Of a stretch of 64,000 bases of DNA, positions 56,308-64,000 are shown in pieces. The notes under the pieces were generated by a model. The model did not search any database, had not been told where the DNA came from, and was given only the letters and a program-made list of their open reading frames with translations. Source of the DNA: an uncultured Actinomycetes bacterium (GTDB taxonomy: Bacteria; Actinomycetota; UBA4738; HRBIN12); the NCBI GenBank assembly GCA_963704885.1, contig CAVPIB010000004.1, forward strand, positions 576,001 through 640,000, given 5' to 3'. The translations under genes and the position numbers were made by a program. The stretch's first letter is position 1. The number at the start of each line of letters is the position of its first letter.

Positions 56308-57597
56308 TCACTCCTCACCCTCCACCCGCAGGACACTCGCCACCGCCCGCACGGCCGGGAGATCTCGGAGCTCCGCCAGGGTCTTCTGGAAGGCTCCCTC
56401 CTGCGCGCGATGCGTGATGAACACCAACGTGGCTTCGTCGGCGAACCCCTCCTGCCACACTCGTTCGATGGACACGTCGTTGTGTGCGAAGTGCTCCGCC
56501 ACCTCGGCGAGAACACCAGGTCTGTCCTCCACGTGCAGGTTCAGGTAGTACTGCCCGCGGGTGTCGTCCATGGGGCGTATCCGGCGCTCGTAGACGCAGG
56601 TGCAGCCGATCCCTCTGGTACCGGCGACGCGGTTGCGAGCGGCGTTCGCCAGATCGCCCACCACAGCGGTGGCGGTAGGATCGCCGCCCGCCCCCTTGCC
56701 GTAGAACATGAGCTGCCCGACCTTCTGGCCCTCAAGGAACACGGCGTTGTACGCATCGCTCACCGATGCCAGCGGATGGGTGACGGGCACCATGGCGGGA
56801 TGCACTCGAGCTGAGACCTCCCCATCCTCCAGCTCGGCGATCGCCAGGAGTTTCACCGCATACCCGAGACGCTTCGCGTCGGCGATGTCCTGCGCCTGGA
56901 TCCCCGTTATGCCCTCGCGGTAGACGTCGCCGGCGACGACTCGAGTATTGAAGACGATCGAGGCCAAGATGGCGCACTTGGCGGCGGCATCGAACCCCTC
57001 GACGTCGGCTGTCGGGTCCGCCTCCGCATAGCCCAGCCGTTGCGCCTCCGCAAGCGCGTCTTGGAACGACCATCCGTGCTCGGACATCTGCGTAAGGATG
57101 TAGTTGGTCGTTCCGTTCACGATCCCGAGGAGCCGGGATACGCGCTCCCCCACAAGGGATTCCTTGAGCGGACGGATCAACGGGATGCCGCCCGCGACCG
57201 CGGCTTCGAACGACAGGTCTACCCCGGCGGCGTCGGCCGCGTCGAACAGTTCCTTGCCGGAGTTCGCCAGGAGTTCCTTGTTCGCGGTGACGACGGCCTT
57301 GCCACGCTCGAAGGCTCGCATGATCAGCGAGCGCGCCGGCTCCATACCGCCGAGCAGTTCGCAGACGATGTCGATCTCGGGGTCGTCGATGATCGAGACG
57401 CCATCGACGGTGAAGACCCCAGCGGGAAGCGGGACACCGCGATCGCGCTCGAGATCGCGGACCGCCACCCGAGTCACCTCCAGGCGGCAGCCGGTCCGAA
57501 GCGCGATGTCGTCGCCGTGCTCATGCACCATGCGGACCACGGCGGCCCCGACGGTGCCGCAGCCGAGGAGGCCGACACGCACGGTCTGCTCGGTCAT
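56308..57597 (-). CDS. hom: Homoserine dehydrogenase with ACT domain
   Basis: [48 protein letters not shown]. Confidence 0.96.
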   Translation of the reverse strand: MTEQTVRVGLLGCGTVGAAVVRMVHEHGDDIALRTGCRLEVTRVAVRDLERDRGVPLPAGVFTVDGVSIIDDPEIDIVCELLGGMEPARSLIMRAFERGKAVVTANKELLANSGKELFDAADAAGVDLSFEAAVAGGIPLIRPLKESLVGERVSRLLGIVNGTTNYILTQMSEHGWSFQDALAEAQRLGYAEADPTADVEGFDAAAKCAILASIVFNTRVVAGDVYREGITGIQAQDIADAKRLGYAVKLLAIAELEDGEVSARVHPAMVPVTHPLASVSDAYNAVFLEGQKVGQLMFYGKGAGGDPTATAVVGDLANAARNRVAGTRGIGCTCVYERRIRPMDDTRGQYYLNLHVEDRPGVLAEVAEHFAHNDVSIERVWQEGFADEATLVFITHRAQEGAFQKTLAELRDLPAVRAVASVLRVEGEE

Positions 57598-59462
57598 GCT
57601 CCTCGATCCTCTCCGATCCACACCGACATCAAGATCTCGTCCTCGTAGCCGGAGGACTTCCGGGAGTGTCCCATGAGCCGTCCTTCCTCCACGAACCCGA
57701 AGCGCCGATATAACGCGATCGCCGCGTGGTTGTGCGGGTACACCGAGAGCATGATCTTCTCGACGCCCACGCTGCGCGCCCATCGCAACGCCTCGCCCAT
57801 CAGCGCCGCGCCTATACCGCGGCCTCGATGATCGGCCGCCACGGCGATCCCCAGCGTCGCGACGTGCCGCGTCACTGGATGGACCTCCCGTTGGACGAAC
57901 ACGTGGCCGACCACGCGCCCGCCGTCGAGCCCTACCACCTGCGCTTCGCGATCGGTCCAGGAGGCGCGGAATCGCGTCCGATACACCCGTGCGGGTGTGT
58001 TGGCCTCCTCCGTCCTGACGTAGCCGCCCTCGGCGACGATCTCACGCCAGAACGACTGGAACGGGCGGGCGTCGCGAGAACGCGCGGGCCTGAACACGAT
58101 CCCGTCCGGCTTCGCCGGAGGCTCATGCCGGGCCGAGGTCGCCTCCAGCCGATCGAGGTCTCCCGCGTCCTCGCGCCTGAGCCAAAGCGTGGGTCGGGCG
58201 TCTTCGACCGCGACCACCGCGGGCCGGCCTATACGGTTGTAGGCGCTGGCCAGCGGATACGTGTAGGCGCCCGTCGCCGCGAACGCGAGCAGGTCACCCG
58301 GCTGCACGTCGCCCGGGAGCGCCACGGCTTCGGCAAGCACGTCGCCGGATTCGCAATGGCGTCCCACGATGGTGAGATCCCTCTCGTCGGCCGCGCTCGC
58401 CCGGTTGGCGAGCGCCACGGTGTACCGCGCGTCGTAGAGCATGGGGCGGATGTTGTCCGACATCCCCCCGTCCACGGCGATCGCCGTACGGCCGTCGCCC
58501 AACACCCTGCGATCGCCCACCCGGTAGAGCGTGACACCTGCGTTGCCCACGATGCTCCTACCCGGCTCCGCGGCCACTTGCGGAACAGGGAGGCCGAGAT
58601 CGGAGCACCGGCGCATGATCCGCTCCATGACCGCCTCCGCCGTAGCCCCCACGCCGGGGATGCGCTCGTCGGTGTAGGTGATGCCGAAACCGCCGCCGAT
58701 ATCCACCAGCTCGGTATCGAGGCCGTGACGCCGACGGAGGTCGGCGGCCAGTGCGATCAGCACATCCACCTCCTGTAGGAACGGACCGACGTCCGGCACC
58801 TGCGAACCGATGTGAGCATGCAGGCCCACGAAACGGACGTGCGGGAGATCGGCGACCCGCGCTGCCGCCTCCCGAACCTCGAAGGTGGATGCTCCGAAGG
58901 CGGTCGCCTCGTGCCCGGTGGCGATGGACTCGTGAGTGTCGACGCCTACACCCGGGTTCACACGAAGGATGAAGGGCTGCACGACGCCAGCCGCAGCCGC
59001 GACGCGATCGAGGCGCAAGAGTTCGTCCAGGCCATCCGCGATCAGCGTTCCGATCCCCGATCGGACGGCGAGCTCCAACTCCTCGTCGGTCTTGTTCCGG
59101 CCGTGCAGGGCGATACGGGCGGCTGGCACACCTGCACGCAGGCACGCCTCCACTTCGCCGCCGCTCGCGGCCAGCAGGTCGAGCCCCTCGTCGGAAGCCA
59201 GGCGCAGGATCGCATGAGAGGTGAACGCCTTGACGGCATAGAACGTGCGAGGAAAGGCGAGGCGCGCGGCCCGGAGCCTGGAGACCAGGTCCGCCCGGTC
59301 GAACACGAGGAGCGGGGTCCCGTACCTGCCGGCCAGCTCGTCGGCCGGCAGGCCGCCGATCCACAGCCCCTGGGTGTCGAACGTCGCGTTGGCTGACCAA
59401 GGCGTCGGGAGTGCCGGCCGACGGAGCGGAGATCGCCGTCGCCGAAGGGGCCGCGGGCTCAA
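57594..59462 (-). CDS. lysA: Diaminopimelate decarboxylase fused to a C-terminal GNAT acetyltransferase
   Basis: YAVKA, HAHIGSQ, DIGGGFG, EPGRS, HCESGD, then LGIAVAADHRGRGIG...NHAAIALYRRFGF in the same frame. Confidence 0.9.
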   Translation of the reverse strand: MSPRPLRRRRSPLRRPALPTPWSANATFDTQGLWIGGLPADELAGRYGTPLLVFDRADLVSRLRAARLAFPRTFYAVKAFTSHAILRLASDEGLDLLAASGGEVEACLRAGVPAARIALHGRNKTDEELELAVRSGIGTLIADGLDELLRLDRVAAAAGVVQPFILRVNPGVGVDTHESIATGHEATAFGASTFEVREAAARVADLPHVRFVGLHAHIGSQVPDVGPFLQEVDVLIALAADLRRRHGLDTELVDIGGGFGITYTDERIPGVGATAEAVMERIMRRCSDLGLPVPQVAAEPGRSIVGNAGVTLYRVGDRRVLGDGRTAIAVDGGMSDNIRPMLYDARYTVALANRASAADERDLTIVGRHCESGDVLAEAVALPGDVQPGDLLAFAATGAYTYPLASAYNRIGRPAVVAVEDARPTLWLRREDAGDLDRLEATSARHEPPAKPDGIVFRPARSRDARPFQSFWREIVAEGGYVRTEEANTPARVYRTRFRASWTDREAQVVGLDGGRVVGHVFVQREVHPVTRHVATLGIAVAADHRGRGIGAALMGEALRWARSVGVEKIMLSVYPHNHAAIALYRRFGFVEEGRLMGHSRKSSGYEDEILMSVWIGEDRGA

Positions 59463-61133
59463 CCATCGTCGCGCTCCATCGAGTCGGGGGCTGAGACGCC
59501 GAGCAGGCCGAGGAGGTTCGCCAGGATCTGCTTCGTGCCGGCGCAGAGCCAAAGACGTGCCTGGGTAAGCCCTTCGTCGTCGGATACGACGCGACACTCG
59601 CTGTAGAAGCGGTGGAACCTGGCGGCCAGGCTCTGGGACGCGTGCGTGAGCCGGTGGGGTCCGCGCTGCTCGGCCGCGAGCATCAGCTGGCCGGGTACGT
59701 CGGCGAGCGCGCGGAGCAGATCGAGTTCGGCCGGGTGTGCGAGCAGGCTCAGGTCTACGTCGGCGAGCGGCTTCAGCGCGAGACCCTGAGCCTCGGCTCT
59801 GCGCAGGATCGACGCGATCCGCGCGTGCCCGTACTGCACGTAGTAGACCGGGTTCTCCATGGTCTGCTGCTTCACCAGCTCGATGTCGAAGTTGAGCGCG
59901 GAGTCGTTCGAGTACTGGAGCAGGGTGAAGCGAGCCGCATCGGTGCCCACCTCGTCGATCAGCTGATCCAGCGTTATGAACTCGCCGGCGCGCGTGCTCA
60001 TCTTCACCGGCTCGCCGTCACGTAGGAACGCCACGAACTGATAGAGAACGATCTCGACGCTCGCCGGATCGAAGCCGAGTGCCTGCGCGGCGCCCTTCAC
60101 TCGGGCCACCGTGCCGAAATGATCTGCGCCCCAGACATAGATCACGTGGTCGAACCCGCGCGAGAACTTGTCGACGAGGTACGCGCAATCCGCACCGAAG
60201 TACGTGTGCACTCCGTTCGAGCGGACCACCACGCGGTCCTTGTCATCCCCGTAGTCCGTCGACCTGAACCATTCGGCGCCCTCGGCCTCGTATACATATC
60301 CGGCGTCGCGCAGGCGTCGGATGGCCTCTTGGATCTCGCCCGCGTCGGCCAGGTCGCGTTCGGACCGGTAGACATCGAAGAGGACTCCGAACCGCTCGAG
60401 CGTGGCCTTGATCCCCTCGAGGATGCGAGCGGCTCCTTCATCGCGCAGCCGTCGCCAACCGCTCGGCCTCGGGTAGGTCGGCCAGGCCAGCGCCCTCGGT
60501 CCGCAAGATGTCGCGCGCGATGTCTGAGATGTAGTCCCCGCGGTAGCCGTCCTCCGGGAACTCCGCATCGCGGCCGAGCTCCTGGAGGAACCGCGCCTGG
60601 ACCGATGCACCGAACCGGTCCATCTGTCCCCCGGCGTCGTTGAAGTAGTACTCGCGTTCTACCGTCCATCCGGCATGTTCCAGGAGCCGCGCGAGCGCGT
60701 CGCCGATCGCCGCGTTTCGCGCGTGGCCGATGGTGAGGGGTCCCGTCGGGTTGGAGCTCACGAACTCGACCTGCATGCGCCTGCCGTTGGGCGCGGCGCG
60801 GCCGTAGGCCGCGCCGCGGGCCACAACCTCACGCATGGCTTCGTGAAGCCAAGCGTTCGTCAAGAAGAAGTTCAGGAACCCCGGACCGGCGATCTCGACC
60901 CGCTCCAGGAATGGCGCCTCGGGAAGCGCGGCCAGGACGGCCTCCGCGACATCTCGCGGCTGGCGGCTCGCCCGCGCGGCCATGGCGAGAGCCACGTTCG
61001 AAGAGAAGTCGCCGTGGACCTTCTGTTTGGGAACCGATAGCTCTGGCCGCGGCAGCTCGCCCTCGATCCCCAGGCCGGGAGCAGCCGCCTCGAGCGCGGA
61101 GCGGATCAGCTCGAGGAGCTGCTCCTCGATCAC
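59459..61133 (-). CDS. argS: Arginine--tRNA ligase (frameshift near 60452)
   Basis: HGDFSSN, EFVSSNPTGPLTIGHAR, WGADH, KMSTRAG, NPVYYVQYGHAR across two frames. Confidence 0.95.
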
Positions 61134-61541
61134 CGTGCCTCGCGTTCTCCGACCCGCCGGCGTACCAGGGCGACCAGATCGACCGGCTCGAATGGTTTGG
61201 CGATGAAGTCGATCTCACCCAGATCGTGGGCCTCGGCCTGCTGATCCTCGGGTGACCGAGCCGTGAGGAACACGACCGGGACATCTCTTGAGGTTCGGGA
61301 TCGCCCGCATCTGGCGTGCCACCTCGAACCCACCGAGACCCGGCAGCATCACATCGAGCACGATCGCATCGGGCGGGACGGCGCGCGCGCGCTCAAGGGC
61401 CGCATCCCCCCGAGATGCGATCCCCACCTTGAATCCGTCGAGGCGGAAGTTCACCTCCAGCAACCGAGTGATCACCGGGTCGTCATCGACCAGGAGGACG
61501 ACGGGAGGGCGCTCCTCGGACGGTTCGTTCGCTTCCGACAT
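61130..61541 (-). CDS. Single-domain response regulator (frameshift near 61289)
   Basis: VLLVDDD, LDVMLP, VFLTA and IAKPF split over two frames; stop overlaps the argS start. Confidence 0.85.
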
Positions 61542-61623
61542 ACCGGGAGGATAGCTGCACGAGCGCCGCGGGCCGTGAGGAGGGGGCGCGACCACCGGTA
61601 GACTCGGTGACCGGGCGACCCGC

Positions 61624-61695
<72 letters not shown>

Positions 61696-61904
61696 CCGAT
61701 CCATATACGGGGGTCCAAGAAGCGGTGTGCGGAAGAGGGGCTGGATGTGGCCAGGCCCCCTCGAGCACCGACGAGGACAGGTTCGACCGGATCTGCCAGA
61801 TGCGCGATGAAAGGGTGGTTGCGCGAAGAACGCTTTGACCGTCCGGCGCTAATGGCCGAGTATGCAAACGCTTGACGGGCGATCCGGTTACGTAGCATCT
61901 GTCG

Positions 61905-62531
61905 GTGGACAGAAACACCCGAGAGCTCTGGGCGAAGCAAGACCAACATGAGGGCGACCGCTGGAGGCTCTTCACGGCGGTCGCCGAAGCGATCGACGCC
62001 GACAAGGTCCTGTACCCGGGCTGCTTCGTCGATATCGCTCCGTCATTCATCTTCCGGTCGGTCACCTATGTCGAGATCGATCACCGGGCCACCGAGTTCT
62101 TCGCCGACGAGGAAGGCGTGCGGCAGATCATCTCGTCGCACCCAGGCGCTCCAGCTGACCCGGAGCCCCTGTTCATCCAGGGCGACTACACCCAGAACCT
62201 CGGACTGCCCTGCCAGGCCTTCGACCTGTTGGTGTCGCTGTATGCCGGGTTCGTGTCCGAGCACTGCACAAGCTATCTACGGGTGGGAGGAGCATTGTTG
62301 GTCAATCCCAGCCACGGCGACGCCGCCATGGCCTCGATCGATCCCTCCTACCAGCTCACCGGCGTGGTGTTGTCCAGGTCGGGCGCGTATCGCGTGAGCA
62401 CTGCGAAACTGGATACGTACCTCGTGGCGAAGGATCCCGCGGAGGTCACCAAGGAGCGCCTGCACGAGACGGGAAGAGGGATCGCGTACACGAAGTCGCC
62501 ATACGCGTATCTCTTCGAGCGCGTCCGGTAG
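61905..62531 (+). CDS. Hypothetical protein, class I SAM-methyltransferase-like
   Basis: VLYPGCFVDI, FDLLVSLYAG, YLRVGG. Confidence 0.7.
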   Translation: MDRNTRELWAKQDQHEGDRWRLFTAVAEAIDADKVLYPGCFVDIAPSFIFRSVTYVEIDHRATEFFADEEGVRQIISSHPGAPADPEPLFIQGDYTQNLGLPCQAFDLLVSLYAGFVSEHCTSYLRVGGALLVNPSHGDAAMASIDPSYQLTGVVLSRSGAYRVSTAKLDTYLVAKDPAEVTKERLHETGRGIAYTKSPYAYLFERVR

Positions 62532-62594
62532 CTCGCTGGGAACCAGGACGCTCCCAGTGCGCTCGAGCGGACTCCACTCCTTCCACCGAGCGTC

Positions 62595-62738
62595 GGGTTC
62601 AGGGCTTTGCGTCTGAGCTCCGGTGGATACCTGCTTAGCATGCCGCCCTCTCCGGGAGTCACGGGCATGGGGATCCGAGCGAACCGACTCCCCGAAGTGG
62701 GGGTACATCAGAGCCTCCAGGAAACCCGGGACCGTTCA
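62595..62738 (-). mobile_element. Truncated IS3-family element (left end plus orfA start)
   Basis: TGAACGGTCCCGGGTTTCCTGGAGGC terminal-IR-like sequence, followed by an RBS and MLSRYPPELRRKA; no right end or orfB seen. Confidence 0.7.
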
Positions 62739-62763
62739 CTTGTTGTGAAATGCTGAGGGCACC

Positions 62764-63387
62764 GTGAGCGGCAAACCGGACCTCTCGTTGGAAGCCGACG
62801 ATCTGGGCGGCGACCCGATGATCCAGTTCCGCAGGTGGTTCGAGGACGCCGAGGCGGAGGGCATCCACCTGGCGAACGCGATGGCACTGGCCACGGCCGA
62901 CACGGAGGGTCTCCCCACAGCGCGGCACGTCCTGCTCCGGGGCTTCGACGATCGAGGGTTCGTGTTCTTCACGAACTACGAGAGTCGCAAGGCTCAGCAG
63001 CTGCGAGAGAACCCGAACGCCGCTTTCGCGCTCCTGTGGAAGGAGCTGGACCGGCAGGTGTGTGTGAGCGGACCCGTCCAGCGGATCGCGGCCGAGGAAT
63101 CGGACTCGTACTTCGCATCTCGTCCCCGCGAGGCGCAGATCGGCGCGTGGGCTTCGCGTCAGAGCACGGTTCTCGAGTCACGGGACGACCTGATGACCCG
63201 CTTCGTCGAGGTCGACGCCACCTATCAGGTCGACGTCCCACGCCCGCCGTTCTGGGGCGGCTTCCGGATCTACCCTGACACGGTCGAGTTCTGGCAGGCG
63301 CGCGCGTTCCGCCTGCACGACCGGTTCCGATACACCCGCGATCCGGAGGAGCCAGCCGGCTGGCGCGTCGAGCGGCTCTCCCCTTAG
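62764..63387 (+). CDS. pdxH: Pyridoxamine 5'-phosphate oxidase
   Basis: NAMALAT, FFTNYESRK, YFASRPREAQIGAWASRQS, EFWQ...RLHDR, RLSP. Confidence 0.96.
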   Translation: MSGKPDLSLEADDLGGDPMIQFRRWFEDAEAEGIHLANAMALATADTEGLPTARHVLLRGFDDRGFVFFTNYESRKAQQLRENPNAAFALLWKELDRQVCVSGPVQRIAAEESDSYFASRPREAQIGAWASRQSTVLESRDDLMTRFVEVDATYQVDVPRPPFWGGFRIYPDTVEFWQARAFRLHDRFRYTRDPEEPAGWRVERLSP

Positions 63388-63785
63388 GCGGCGCGCACGG
63401 CCGCGTCGAGGTCAAGCCGGATCTCCGGCGCCTGCAGGATGGAGTTGTGCACGGTGCAGTGCTCGACGACCGCGCGAAGGCGATCGCTGAGCTCCTCCGG
63501 GAACGCTGCCGGAAGGACCAGCCGCATGCCGATGGATCCCACACGTGCCGGCCGCCCCTGCGCCATCTGGAAGGCGCAGTCCACACCGAACCCGTCCGGC
63601 GCGATCCCGTGGCGCACGAAGAACCGCCCGGCATAGTGAGCGACGCAGGCCGCCAGCGATGCAACGAAGAGATCGGTCGGCGTAGGACCCGCGTCGCCGG
63701 AGTCATGCTGATCGACGGTGATCGCGTGAGCACCGATGGTGACCCGGAACCGGTCACCCTGTTGGTGTCGCACTCGGATGTCCAC
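63384..63785 (-). CDS. OsmC-family protein
   Basis: GPTPTDLFVASLAAC...HCTVHNSI; GAGGAGG RBS. Confidence 0.88.
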   Translation of the reverse strand: MDIRVRHQQGDRFRVTIGAHAITVDQHDSGDAGPTPTDLFVASLAACVAHYAGRFFVRHGIAPDGFGVDCAFQMAQGRPARVGSIGMRLVLPAAFPEELSDRLRAVVEHCTVHNSILQAPEIRLDLDAAVRAA

Positions 63786-64000
63786 GGAGCTCGGCCTCCT
63801 CGGGGGTGCTCGACCTGTTCGTCGGCTCCCCCATCCAGACTGCCGCGTCCAGCGCCGGCCGATAGCCCAACTTGGCCCCCGCCCTGCGGGACCATCGACC
63901 CTGCTGCGGCTCCTTGCGAGCGGGGAGCATCGGTCGAGTGAGCATCCGGACCCGTTCCGAAGAGCAGGTTGCCGTGCGGCCGCGTTCGACGGTTGATGGC

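Noticed and set aside
59459-61133. argS, rho and potD as pseudogenes or programmed frameshifts
   Set aside because: Single-base indels with no slippery heptamers or further decay; argS is essential; sequencing error is more parsimonious
63786-64000. Short ORFs at the right edge
   Set aside because: No recognisable motifs; region truncated by the window

Overview
High-GC chromosomal segment, most likely from a deep-branching actinobacterium. Most genes lie on the minus strand: gatCAB, ligA, mnmA, murA, the complete atp operon, a potABCD-like polyamine ABC transporter, wecA-glyA-rpiB-LMW phosphatase-sua5-prmC-prfA-rpmE-rho, and argS-lysA-hom-thrC-thrB with a divergent tRNA-Arg(CCG). etfBA and a pabB-pabC fusion lie on the plus strand. 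The most notable item is an archaeal-type cyclic 2,3-diphosphoglycerate (cDPG) module between thrB and rho: metallophosphoesterase, cpgS, 2-phosphoglycerate kinase and transaldolase. Its phosphoesterase is a candidate cDPG hydrolase. Other points of interest are a LysA-GNAT fusion, an isobutyryl-CoA-mutase-type B12 enzyme next to meaB, a NiCoT transporter and a Fur-family regulator, an atypical-composition islet with a secreted metzincin, small Cys-rich proteins, several structured or recurrent non-coding motifs, and an IS3 remnant near the tRNA. About nine single-base frameshifts, including one in the essential argS, are most likely long-read indel errors. All calls come from reading motifs by eye; no database searches were run.
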